NCBI GenBank assembly: GCA_040437565.1
Contig: JBDOQK010000020.1
Coordinates: 310,001-374,000, forward strand
Length of the DNA: 64,000 bases
Source of the DNA: Albugo candida
Taxonomy: Eukaryota
Reading direction: 5' to 3'
Part shown: piece by piece, positions 13,901 through 26,323 of the stretch
Layout of the letters: each line of letters begins with the position of its first letter
How positions within the stretch are numbered: position 1 is the first letter of the stretch
Made by a program: the position numbers and the translations under genes
The notes under the pieces: generated by a model
Told to the model about the DNA's origin: nothing
The model's input: the letters and a program-made list of their open reading frames with translations, nothing else
The model's database searches: none

Positions 13901-14525
13901 CACGAGTTGAAACAACCTTGTGAACTATGGTTTATTTGACGTGAGCTCATTTGTCTAGCTCGTTACTTGCTTGCCGAGAAAGAGATTACTTGAAGCATTT
14001 ATTGGTAGTTTCATCGCTTTATCTCCGAAAGCCAATCTTCTATTGCTTCTATCCTTCTCTTCATTTTCTGCTAGAAAACTCCTCCTTCTCGTATCCATTC
14101 CTCCAGATCTTCATTAAAGAAGTAGATCAGTCAGCTCGTTTGATTTTGTGAGTGATGTGACTATTTATGTATGTCGCTGCTTTAAAGCTTTTGCGCAATC
14201 GATTCCATGTACAGATATTGCAACTTGTGTCAATGGTGGTCTTGATATAGGGATCTCAATGTATTTGATTGGGATATGTACAATATCGTGAATTAGCATT
14301 TCAATTGCCGGATAAGAATAAGCGCAAGGTTTGAGTCGAAAGAGAAAGTGAATAATGGGTGAGAGATCAGAAGAAAGCACTGTTTCAATCTCGCTTAGAA
14401 GATTTATACGTCGACAAAATATGCTAGTGCCATATCTGCCTTTGCATTATATTTTCATGTACAAATCTGAGAGTTAAAGTGGATGTTGAAAATTGCTGAA
14501 GGATTGTTCACTTGATCTCCTGATT

Positions 14526-14892
14526 CTAACTGCTCTTTGCGTTTGTTGCACAGTGCAATTGGATGCGACTCTGATATCCTTTCCAAATAGCGCATTTCTC
14601 CGCAACTTGCATCTGATACATTTCGCTTTTCTACTCAGTTCACATGAGCATCGTACATCGTATAGTGCTCAATAATACCTCAAAACTTGAATTGATTTCC
14701 TTCATAACTTCATTCAGGCGAGCTACCGAGCCAGAAATTCGCTGTAGTAAAGCCTAATGTGCGTTCGTGAGATGAGCGCTTCCAAATCTAAAAAGCTCAC
14801 TTTTTGTTTCTCGTCGTGAGGATCTAACAAGAAATTGTTGCCGCTTAGTGAACGCGTGGGCTCGATCTGAACCGCAATAACTCACTCTGCAT
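14526..14892 (-). CDS. DAD4: DASH/Dam1 complex subunit Dad4, 69 aa, 4 exons (14886-14892, 14801-14823, 14679-14753, 14526-14630); not in ORF track
   Basis: Three GT-AG introns give MQNPHDEKQKALLQRISGSVARLNEVMKEINSSFEKSEMYQMQVAEKCAIWKGYQSRIQLHCATNAKSS. This fits the remembered Dad4 pattern MxNPHE..Q..LL.RI...V.+LNE....N......Y.S.V.F.L.AT. Confidence 0.85.
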
Positions 14893-14966
14893 GCTTCCAA
14901 GCAAATACAAAAATACTGCATTCAACCGGTATATTACTGCTGCAAAACGATACAAAATGCATGAAG

Positions 14967-15906
14967 TTACTTGCTAAGTAGAATTTGCTGTGAATGAAAA
15001 TGTTGGACGAGTTCGCGCTCGAGCCATGCAACAAACTCGATGTTTCTCACTAGTTGACGTAGGTTTTTATCGCGAATAGCTTTCCGAAACTCTTTAAAAG
15101 TCATTTTCGTAAAAAATGGCTGCTTTACAAGTAGTAAAATCATCTCACTCAAATGCTTTCGTCGTTCTACCGATTGGAAATTACTTTCGCGTTGAATCAC
15201 AAGTAGAAAGATAGAATCCCAAATAAACCTCGCATATTCTCTGGACCCCTGATCAATTACGAACAAACGCAACATGTCGGATATAATTACCGAATCTGGA
15301 GGAATGTTGCTTTCCAAATTAGCCTTTGCATTTGCCTGATGCCATACTTGTTCCCACTCATCTTTTGATAAATATCTCCATAGATGCTGCTGCTTTTCAT
15401 TGGCCGCTTTCGGATCAAAGAAATGGATGACAGCGACTGAGATAGTCTCCTGTGAAGTCGGACTTTTTACTTTTGGCTCATATTTCTCTGACTCCTTATC
15501 GTTCTGTGCGGTATCCTGCCCGTGAGTACTGGAGAGGATGTCTTCAATTGAATATCTTAGCTCTGGAATCACGTCACTCCAGGTGATAGACGGTCTCGGT
15601 ACGATGAATTTGTGCGTTGGCTCGACTTTTGGACTTAGCGGCGGTGGCTACGAATCAAACAAGTGGATCAAAAAATGAAATATACAGCAGGGATTACAGG
15701 CTTACCTTTCGTCTGATATATGATAGCTGTAGAACTCGGTCTGGTCGGATCCCTTCCTGATATAATTCAGCAATGAGATCTCTCTGCTTGTCGGAGCGCG
15801 TGTGACATACTTTAGCATTATCTGAGGCGCTTTTATTATCGGCGTTCGACGATGGAAATGCTGATGAAAGCAATGAAAACTTCGGAGGATCATTCTGCTT
15901 GCTCAT
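14967..15906 (-). CDS. Hypothetical protein, 2 exons (15706-15906, 14967-15647)
   Basis: Intron GTAAGC...TTCGTAG at 15648-15705 joins the 70-aa and 201-aa ORFs in frame. No family recognised. Confidence 0.7.
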
Positions 15907-16172
15907 GTGAGCGAGCCGATTCGCAGTATTTCATCAAATAACTTGCCTTTTAATGGCTTTGTATCTCATACAACTACCAGTTATTCTTCACAATTCTAAT
16001 CGCTTGATTCAGCACGTATTTCGCGACAAGATTATAAGTTTGAATCGGCTGCTCAGGAACCTTGCAGTGAATTCAATACGTTTAATAGCAGTCTAATGGT
16101 GCGCTGACCATACGGTAGATAAACAAAGCATTGAAATGAAACATTATAAGACTCGGGTCATTGCTGTGATGG

Positions 16173-17057
16173 TCAAATGGGGTCACTACGCCTGACAATG
16201 ACCACTCGCAGCTTTGATTTTCCAATCTCAACGATTGTTGCTTCTGTCATTGACAAAACCACTCCCTCTTGAGGCATTGCTACTTTCCCATTCACAAAAG
16301 AGCCATTGGTACTATCGAGATCTGTAAAATAAATCTTGCCAAATGGGTCTAGACGAAACTTGGTACCGCTTTATCGATCTGAAAGAATCAATGAGGTAGA
16401 CACTTACCTCTGCATGTGTTGTGGATATCTCCGAATCTTTTGGAAGACTGATACCCAAAGGAGGCTTGAACTTCTTCCCTGTGGAACGTCCTATCAGGCA
16501 AACAGCTGATTCTTGTGACTGATTTGCGCTCTAGTTATATCGAATGATAGTTTGTTCAGTGCATCAAAAATTGAGCCTCTAGCGTCATACTCGACCTGAT
16601 GCAATTTTAGATGAAAGTCTTTCCCACGGTAAGGGCCGCTCTGGCAGTGCACCATTAAGTCATATCCATCGGAAACTAGAACGAAGGGATGAGTAAGCGG
16701 TAAAGAATAGCATATATAATCAACTCCTCACCGCTTTGTTCGTTTTCTTTATCTGCTTCACTCGCATGTAAGATTTTTTGCTTGGAATCGAGGAAGACTT
16801 GACGTAATTCTCTGCATTTTCCTTCTACTTCCTTCTCTATAACCTACAAAGATCTTAGCATTAGCGAGTGCTTGAGACAAATGCTCGTGCCTTGCATTGT
16901 TTCGCGCATTCCGCTTGAATATATTCTTCCACAGTTTGAGTCTTCATTTCAGCTTCATTCTCTACAATCGAAGCATTTCGGCACAGCGGTAGGCACACTT
17001 CAGGCACGATCAAACGCGGGAGTGAGTTATCGCACAAATACCTAATTCATCGCGCAT
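16173..17057 (-). CDS. Multi-exon FHA-domain protein; not in ORF track
   Basis: Spliced translation MRDELENEAEMKTQ...HCQSGPYRGKDFHL...LIGRSTGKK...DSEISTTHAE...IYFTDLDSTNGSFVNGK...VEIGKSKLRV carries the FHA signatures GR, SxxH and STNG. Exons are bounded by GT-AG. Confidence 0.85.
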
Positions 17058-17156
17058 TGTGATGTCATTTTGCATCGGTATTGCCTGTCCAATCATTATA
17101 GCGCTTGAAGGAAGTGGGTAAGGACCAACACTGCGTATACATTGCAAATATATGCA

Positions 17157-20100
17157 TTAAGTCTTAAGTGATACATGGACGAGCAACGCATCCTGCGCAT
17201 AGAAAATACTTGTTGTATAGCTTCCGATGCTAACATTAACAGTCCCATTCACACGCATTAATAAACCAGACGTTGCCGATCGAATTAACGCCCATAATGC
17301 CTCGATTGAGAAAACTGTCGTGAGATTTGCTTTCATACAAATTCCTTCAAGAGCGTTGGGACACAACACATCTCGTTTTACCGTACACTGTTCACCCAAG
17401 CAGCATGAGAAACAGCTCGACGTCGTTGCTGGAATTCGAATCGGGTGAAACGGAATGGGTGAAAAGTGAGCCAATGCTTCCTTGTAATACTTCAGACAGA
17501 CGATTGGCTCAGTGCCTTGCTGCCATTTACAGGGATATAGCTCAAGATCTGCTCCAGTGATCGTTATTGTTTCTTGGAATGGATTACGCAGCTCCAGTGA
17601 GGTGTCTACTTGAGATGGTTGTAAGAGATCCAAGTAGATCATCGACGAGGAAACCAAAGTAGGGGCGTGTGGGTAAAAGCTTGCGAATGTCTCGAGTTTT
17701 GTATGCATGAGCAATGAAGAAAGTGCTGGCTTTAATAGCTCCAAGTCGGAACTTGATGATGAGCCCCGTATCGAAATCTACAAAGCACAATTTCAATGGG
17801 GAATATATAATAGAATCGGAGAAGTCTATTACCTCTTGAGCTTTTCCGTTCGTGAAATACCCAGAGACAAAATTGGACAAGAACGAACGTGGTATGAAGT
17901 CTGCGGGAAATACAGGCTCGAAAATAAACGTACCATTCAAGAGAGTTGGTACTCGACAACAACGAAGCGAGAAATTTGAAATCTTCGCGGTTCCAAGCCA
18001 TGTATTTTGGTAATAAACATCCAGGACAAGCGCTCCTAGCTTAATCGATAGAAAAGAAGGATTCTCGATCACAAAATGCAGCTGTATACGTAATGAGGAG
18101 ACATGACCAGCTGTAATGTCTAAGCCAGAAATACGAATTGGTGGTGACGAGAATTGATCTAAAGCTGTTATGTTGCTGAAAACTTTGATAGGAATCTGAA
18201 AGAGACGCAAGAGACCCATTTGTGTTTTGGCGAATGGGAAGGCCCCTTCATCGAGAGATGAAACTTTTGTTTGCATTCCAATTGGAATTGCTCCCCGTCC
18301 ATTCAAGACTCGATTGATAAACTGGGCCATCAAGACGACCTGGCTCTTTTCATGAAATTGGACTGGGTAGAATCGAGTCATATTGAGTGACAACGACGCG
18401 CTTTTTCTAAATACAAATTTGCAGACCTCTTCACTGCTTTGCAATTTGCCCATACTCAATCGTTCTGCGTTGATCAGTTCCAAACCAACTCGAAGGCGTG
18501 ATATGTTGAGAGCTATATGAATGGAAGAAGGCAATAGTATCCTAGCTGACAGATTGATGCGAATCGACATTGCTGTCTTCCCATCAGCTGATGCATCATG
18601 ACTTGGCTCGAGATGAATATCCAGCTCACGAAATAATATTTCCTGAATCATTGTATAATTCGGTGGAACACCAACAAATTGAGTTTCAATGCCTAATTTC
18701 AACAGCGCCGTGTTCATCCATTGACATCGTTGAAATTCTCCCTCAACGATGACGGCTGTAAGTCGATTGGAAAGACCTTGCAAGTATTTAGAAAAGAATG
18801 CATCAACTTCATGGCTAACGGAGCCTGCTCTATCTAATTTGGGCTGAAGCAGCCCATTCAACCGGATAAAAGTAGCATGAGGTCGTAGATCAAATGGCCC
18901 TCGGACACGGCCGAGGAGCTCGTCTTTCGTACTGATTGCTAAACTCATTGATCCAAGCGACACGGAGAAAATGGATGGATTCCAGATTGAGATATTCACG
19001 TTTACAGGCTCAGTATCAGCCGTCGTATTTTGCTGCCCGGGCAGCAAGAAACTCATGATGCTGACATTATTCAGACCACTCATTCCAGGGATTATGGTGA
19101 CAACATTTAGCGAAAGGTTTTGCAGACTCAGAACTCCTGAACAATACAACGTCAATTATAACCGATTGAAATGATCAAGCTCTTCTCACCGAGTGCTCCG
19201 ACCGCTGTTATCTGCATTGATCCGTGTAACCAAAGGCTTGTCTGCTTGCTATTTATTGTACGTCGGACGAAATATCCAAACTTTTTGCCATCATCGATGA
19301 AGACCAGATGTGCTGCTGTATTGATTGTCAGATTCTGGTCACCAATCAGAGTTGCATTGATGAGGGTCAAGTCATATGACCAAAGATTTCCTAAAACGGA
19401 TTTTGGAGAGATTTCGGGCCCATCAAAGAGTGATACATTCAGATCGATTTTCTGTATATGGAGCGGTGAATGCGGTCCAAGCGGATTCGAAATGTCTACT
19501 TGCAAGGTGGCTTCAATTTCGACAGAATCGTTCATAGCAGCAGGATCCGGTCGTCTAAGTAGCATTTGTTCAAAGTTCATTTGTTTGATAAATGGAGTCC
19601 GTCGAGGTGGTACTTGCGTCACAATGCTAAGATTGCGTAAAGGCAAATCAAAAATATCAAGATCAGTTGCATGTGAGGAGCACGTCTTCACGACGAAATC
19701 GGTCGATCGATTACTCAAGTAGTTGGATACCATAGAGCTCAAAGATGATTGATTGCCTGCTAGCATCCTACCTCGGAAACGCATTAAATTGTACCCTTTT
19801 GCCATCACTTCTGGGCTCCTGTCGAGACAAGCTCGAGAGGAAGCTTCAAAGGCGGCTATGGGAAGGGAGCTAGCCGATTCGAATGATTGAAGCCGGCAAA
19901 TCAAAGCTTGCTGATGATATCCTTCCAGACACAGATTTCCAATCGTTTGCAACGACAATATTGATGGATTGTATACACAAGCCTCGACATCGGCCAATAC
20001 TTTGAGCGGCGTCGAATGATTCATTTCTATCGATACAATTTTCAGAAACCTTAGACCTTGCAATCCGTCCAGACTTAATTGCTTTGACAGGACTATATGG

Positions 20101-20726
20101 TCAGTAGACAAGTGAAAAGGTCCAAATGGAACAGATATGCTCAAAAGCGCTTTCAGCTGGAAGTGTATTTGAGCATTGCGGATAATGTCTCGAGCAAACA
20201 AGTTCCATCCTGAGGTATTCTGTCCTTGATTTATGGAATGGATGGCGATATTGAGCGTTTGATTCTCTAGCTTTAGAATGTTCCCACCGTGGCGAATTGT
20301 AATACGTGGTGTCAGAAATGTGCCAACAGACTGCTCGAGGTATAGAATGTGAAAAATGCTTGGCCTAAGAAGCGCCGGAAGAAATTGCGTTGATCGAATT
20401 TCCATCGTAATGTCCATCGAAACATTTGTCTTCGTCGGGTTTTTCAAATTCATGCGTTTTATTGTCATTTCAGTGCTACGGATTGCAGTTGTTGCGATTG
20501 AGTGCATTTGTGACTGCAATACTGCAAATGTTAAGAGAAGCAGACCCAAAATTGCACTCAGGGCAGTAAGGAGCTTAAAGCATCGTGTAGATCGACGAGA
20601 GGATAAATATTCCAACGCGCGCGTTTGGATGCTATCCGCGTGTCTATAAGGAAGCAACGGATCCTCTACGCGTGACATATCAACGCTTTCTTCGTCATCG
20701 TCTGGCAAAGTCATGAGATCTTCCAA
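17157..20726 (-). CDS. Membrane-anchored protein with tandem LEA_2/WHy-like (DUF3712/Tag1-like) beta domains, about 3 exons
   Basis: Three consecutive ORFs. N-terminal TM helix (LLTALSAILGLLLLTFAVL) and repeated NP motifs (VYNPSIL, ISNPLG, IWNPSIFSVSLG, IENPSFLSIKLG, LRNPF). Start codon uncertain. Confidence 0.7.
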
Positions 20727-20791
20727 AGCGATAATGGAGACAAATATAACGGATAGGTATACTCATTGCGTTTCAAAATCTTACGTAACCG

Positions 20792-22413
20792 TTAGACATA
20801 GATGGCAAATGCATGACGGAAGCAATACACGAAAATGAGAGCGCCAAAGCTGTAGACAATGATTCGGCTCATTACCATACAAACCATGTGATCCAGAGGA
20901 TCTATATGTTGGCGTTTTTTTAGTGTAGCCGCGAGATTCAGTCTACTTTGGTCGACTGATTTGCGATTTTCTATTGCATCGGCAACTCGAAGCTTGTGTC
21001 GCCGTACAGCAGCTCGAATAGCGTCATCATGCCACACTGGTGATGGAAAAACATCATTTTCTTCTTTTTTCAACTTTTCATTTTCCTCCTTGAGTTGATT
21101 ATCTTCCAAAGTGCCCAGTTGAGATACTTCGTTTTCGCTTATTTTTGTTCCAAACGCAGGAGAAATCTCCATTTCGTCCGCAATTTCCCCGCTTCCAATT
21201 TTCGTACCATTGACACCATCAGTATCCTTATCCTGATGTAATGATTCCTCACTCAACGTTTGATTCCGTTTGTCCAAAATACTTTGGATATCTGCAATCA
21301 AGTCAGAATCGAGCCCCATTTTCACAAGTACATCTTTTTCAATCTGAGCCGAATGAGTTTCACTTGTTATATCGGACTGAATGCTCACTGGGACTAATTT
21401 TGAATACTGGCGCAAATCGTTCGAAATTAATTCCTTGGCACCAGGCCTTTCACTGTTTTCTGTTGCTTCTTCTTTCCCATGATCGGCCGAGCCAGCCTCT
21501 TGATTTACTGACGTATCTGACTTGTGTCCCAAATTGCTCTGCTGCCTGAGCGCTTCAGTGTCTAATATATGACATATATTCGTGGCCAGCTCCACAAGAA
21601 ATACTGCGGTTTCTTCAGTTGCGGCGACATCAAACAAAGCCTGAGCACAAGCGGACGAAGTTTCAATTATTCGACGTCCTTCTGAGGTAGAAAGAAACTC
21701 AATCATCAGTTGAATAGTCCGGAAGAGTTGATGGCTAGCATTTTTAGACTCTGGTGTGTTTATAGCCTGAGATATTTTGTGTATCAATGCGACACTATCC
21801 AGGACGAGGTCACGACCTTGTTTTGAAACAAGCGCCTGCAAAACTTGATGTTGTAGATGGCTCGAATGCTCGCGTAATATGGCTGTTTTTTCAGAGTTGT
21901 ATATCTTCAAACTATTTGACACTGTTGCAGACGCAATTCTCGCCAGCTCTATCGCCCGTTGTGGTGCCAATCGTTTGGAGTGTGTCCATAATGAGTAAGT
22001 CAACACATAAGGATTCAAAATTGAATTTGCAATTCGATTGGAAAGCGGTGATACGATATGTTCTTCAAGAAGTCTCATGATCCGGCTACGAATGGATACA
22101 ATTATCCTGTTATTACGCACAGTCTTTTCGGGTATGACAGAATTTAAAATTAGCCCTGACTCACTTGTAAGCGCTAGAAATTACTTCCAGCATCAATTTG
22201 GACGACTTTTCAACGGGTCGATCGACGCACGAATGTATGTGTTACGAATGTAGCTGCTCTCACGTAAAAATATTCGTGTGACAGTTATCAATGAGCTCGT
22301 CTCTTTTTTGAGCAGCAATGTATCATCTCGACAAGCGTCGACGGAGTATATCGTAGTATGTGAGCAAAAGTAAGAATTTGATACGCAAAGTAGTGAAGAT
22401 TATAGGCTTCCAT
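20792..22413 (-). CDS. Hypothetical helical protein with C-terminal hydrophobic segment; short 5' exons uncertain
   Basis: 442-aa open last exon ending IIVYSFGALIFVYCF, with upstream GT-AG-bounded fragments. Confidence 0.6.
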
Positions 22414-22902
22414 TGTCAGTAAGAATAACGCAAGAGTGCGGTGATGGCTTGTGAAGCTGAGAAGCACTAGCACTTGCATACACAGCTAGCCTCGCAAGCA
22501 GCTTGTACCAAAATATCGACGCTTAATCGAGCGGTTGGCTTGCAAACGTCAGTTCGAGGTTGTATGCACCTAAAAACATAATATATGAAGAAGCCAGAGA
22601 ATGCACTACAATACGGGCAGTAATGTAGCTAGTGTAAACGGTCTAGCATTCCTTGTAATCACAATTTATAACTATCACAATCACANNNNNNNNNNNNNNN
22701 NNNNNNNNNNNNNNNNNNNNNNNNNNNNNNNNNNNNNNNNNNNNNNNNNNNNNNNNNNNNNNNNNNNNNNNNNNNNNNNNNNNNNATACGGGCAGTAATG
22801 TAGCTATTGTAAACGGTCTAGCATTCCTTGTAATCACAATTTATAACTATCACAATCACAACCTCTAACTTTAATATTAGTCTCATCATCCGTTAATGGA
22901 AG

Positions 22903-23549
22903 ATGGCGAGTCGGGGCGTAAATGGAGCAAGTGAATCAACTTTAAATGATCGTTTTATTAAATGTGAAGGATGTAATGTCAATATACCAAAAGAAGATAT
23001 GATCAAAGCAGGAAACTGCACAGTTTGTAGACGAGTTCCATCGAATATACAGCAGTTGAATATGGTAGAATTCACTGAAGCAACCCCGAAAAAAATCTCA
23101 AAGAGAAAACGATGGACTGTATTGATATCCAAGAAAGGAAGAGAATACTATTATAACACAGAAACAGGTGAGGAATGCTGGGAGAAACCCGCAGATTTTG
23201 AAGCATTTGCTTCCGAGGAAGATCAGTTTGGTAAGTGGAACCTACACTCGCTATTCTGGTCTGAGGTAAACATTTTGATAATTCAGTCCCTTTTCGAAAT
23301 GATGCGGTCAAAAATGCAGTTTTGATGGAACAGGCAAAAAATGAGGCAAACAAACTCGGGATCCCTGTGCAATTGATCGATACAGAAATACAAACGGCTG
23401 ATGCTAACAAGGACAAGTTTGAAAAGCTGGACACGACTGAGTCAGCTGATTCTTCCGCTGTGCAGTGTGAGGATCAATCAGATCACAATGAAGCTTCGCG
23501 GCACACTAATCACAAAGAAAAAGATCGAAGCTCATGTTCTACTATGTGA
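22903..23549 (+). CDS. Small WW-domain protein with CxxC...CxxC motif and C-terminal CaaX-like end, 2 exons
   Basis: WW: WTVLISKKGREYYYNTETGEECWEKP. Intron 23231-23319 joins in frame to an exon ending CSTM*. Confidence 0.8.
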
Positions 23550-23748
23550 ATAATCTAGAGCGAATATTGATCGTTTGGTAAATAGCTGTCTTACATTTAG
23601 TCTGCTCAATTCACAACTTTGTCGAACGCGGAGCTAATTGGTGCGGCTTAGATACATCAACTCGTGGACATTAACATTACGCTTTGCTTAATCATTTCTT
23701 CCGTTGCCAAGGACTTAACTTACAAGCTTTCATAGTTTGCATCTGTAT

Positions 23749-25015
23749 TCAAACAGAACTGATTGTTTGTAGAGCGTCGTATAATGGAGTTGCAGCTTTA
23801 GGTGGGGGTTCTGATCCGGTCAATAACTGCGTGTTTGTAATTTCTCGGCCATAAAATGTGTGATTGATATCAGGACGAGATATAATGACCGCTCCTTCCA
23901 GTGAAATGCCGGCGAAAAGACCTCTTGAATGCGAGTATGAGTAACAAGGCGCAATACCGTCAACGGAAGTGCCAAGAGAGCCAGAAGCCACACGACCAAC
24001 GAGACCAGTAGCGACGCCAAGTTCTGCTCCTAAATTCACTTGTGTTGTAGACGAGAAAGCTTCGACAGCCTCTAAATATCATAATTAGTACCAAATGAGA
24101 TCATTATGCAACGAAAGATACCGAGCTGTACATACGTGGGGTATTGAGAATAATAATGACATCTGTCAGCTCTGCACCAATCTGTGCACCCCAGCCAAGC
24201 CCTGCTGTTCCTATAGCCGATGGTGCTGACCAAATACCACCAGGTAGCTTTGCTATCACCAAACCTGTACCCAACCGAGCAGAAAAAATTATTCCAGCTT
24301 TGAGCACTGTCATAAACTAAATTGATTGGCTTCAGACGCATATTTCGTTAATTAGAATGCTAGTAATTTTACCACGAGGCCTCTCGCTTTGCGAAGAAGC
24401 GGAAGTGGTATGGAATGATCCTTGATGGCGTCTTGATTTTTGATAGCCTGGATGCTGTACGAAGCTTTCCGTATCTCCTCGCGCAAGGTGAACGAATATG
24501 GGGAATTGAAAAGAGCTCTATTTCCATCTAATGGGAGCAAATTCTCTCTGCTCGCGTTGCTGATTGTTCTACCTATAGTCCGGTTTACTTCAAGAAATCA
24601 AAAAGGTAGACAATTGATTTGTACGGAGTTCTTCCTGCTCTGGTAGCATGAGATCGTAGCATCGGTAGCACACACGTTGCGGATTGTGTGGGTTCATTGT
24701 GAGGTATTGCTTTTCCGGGTTGCTCAAAATGTATTCTTTGCGCAAAAGAGATTGTTTCGTACAACTTCCACAGAACACGTGACCTAAGTGCCATTTTAGC
24801 CCTATTCAAGCAACATTTTTCCGTGGGTTAATATTACCACAACGACTTAAAGTATAAGCAGCAAACAACTTTATGAGATAAGATAAGGGCACTGAGAGTT
24901 ACTAGACGTACCGACAATGATGTTTTCGATGAGTCCAGTCAAATAATTGCTGACATCCGTAGCAAGAAATTACTTCTCCATCAGGAATCCATCGCAAAGT
25001 TGTGTTAGAATTCAT
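23749..25015 (-). CDS. FYVE zinc finger + SYLF/Ysc84 domain protein, multi-exon
   Basis: FYVE: WIPD..C..C...F....RKHHCRRCGHVFC..C...RVC..CY. SYLF: KAGIIFSARLGTGLVIA...WSAPSAIGTAGLGWGAQIGAE...YSYSHSRGLFAGISLEG. Confidence 0.9.
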
Positions 25016-25379
25016 CTATGTTGTGTAGATACACTAATGTAAGAGTAGTCCCTACATTGAAGTGGCATCGGACGACTGGAGCACTGATAATGTCGTGCTT
25101 GCGATATGAGGCTAGTAAGCGCAGTTCAAGTTAGCCATTGCCGGCGATATGACTCCAGCTTCGTTACAGATGTGTATGGCAGCTCGCTAGCAGCTACTGA
25201 GCGTTATCGTCCACATAATACGAACAAATCGTGCGATAGTAAAAGACACTTTTGCGTAGATAATTTACAATAAATCTGTGATAAAGGTTCATGTCCGCTA
25301 TATACTAATGTTAAAAATGCATGCAACCACACTAGTGCTAAAGGGAAATGAACGGGATAACTAGGGTCGTAAAATATGT

Positions 25380-25883
25380 TTAACCTTTGAGATTAAATTG
25401 TTTCTTTAGATTGTCAAAGCCCGAAGTCGTCATGGTTTTGAAATTCACCACGTTATTGTTCACGTATCTTGTTCCTCTGGCAAGCAGAACGTTACCCTTC
25501 TTAGCGAGCTTTCCTGGCGAGCTGATAATGGAAGTTGTTTCTCTCCATATATTTTTTAATCTTTGTGTTGGTGACGGTGGGGGTACCCCAAGTAAGTTCG
25601 CGGTGAATTTCTTAGCCTGGTTCACCTTGTCAGTGAAAATAGGTTTTATGCCGACAGAGCGAAGATACTTCAAATTATTTTCTGCTTTTTGATACGTTGG
25701 ACTCGCAGCCACTTCATTCACTTTACTAGTTCCGTAATCACTCAGCTTTTCCAGCCAACCTTTATTATTTCCTTGGGATTGCGTGTCATCAGGAATCCTT
25801 TGTCGACGAAATAGATTGGGAGCCGAGTCCACAGGAGCGAACAGTACCAATGTCAAAAATATCCCATTAATGAATCTTGTCAT
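25380..25883 (-). CDS. Small basic secreted protein (candidate effector), 167 aa
   Basis: Intronless. Signal-peptide-like N-terminus MTRFINGIFLTLVLFAPVDS, then APNLFRRQRIPDD and a Lys-rich body with no recognised domain. Confidence 0.7.
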   Translation of the reverse strand: MTRFINGIFLTLVLFAPVDSAPNLFRRQRIPDDTQSQGNNKGWLEKLSDYGTSKVNEVAASPTYQKAENNLKYLRSVGIKPIFTDKVNQAKKFTANLLGVPPPSPTQRLKNIWRETTSIISSPGKLAKKGNVLLARGTRYVNNNVVNFKTMTTSGFDNLKKQFNLKG

Positions 25884-26054
25884 TTTCCCTTTGACCTTCT
25901 TTTTAATCTATGAGGAAGTGGAGGCCTTCCATTCTTTGTGTGGCATGAGTCACANNNNNNNNNNNNNNNNNNNNNNNNNNNNNNNNNNNNNNNNNNNNNN
26001 NNNNNNNNNNNNNNNNNNNNNNNNNNNNNNNNNNNNNNNNNNNNNNNNNNNNNN

Positions 26055-26323
26055 TGGTTCACCTTGTCAGTGAAAATAGGTTTTATGCCGACAGAGCGGT
26101 AATACTTCAAATTATTTTCTGCTTTCTGAAACGTTGGACTCGCAGCCACTTCGTTCACTTTACTAGTTCCGTAATCACTCAGCCTTTCCAGCCAACCTTT
26201 ATTATTTCCTTGGGATTGCGTGTCATCAGGAATCCTTCGTCGGCGAACTAGATTGGGAGCCGAGTCGACAGGAGCGAACAGTACCAATGTCAAAAATATC
26301 CCATTAATGAATCTTGTTGTCAT
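26055..26323 (-). CDS. Second, gap-truncated copy (allele or paralog) of the 25380-25883 secreted protein
   Basis: MTTRFINGIFLTLVLFAPVDSAPNLVRRRRIPDD... runs into the N gap and is about 95% identical to the first copy. Confidence 0.6.
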
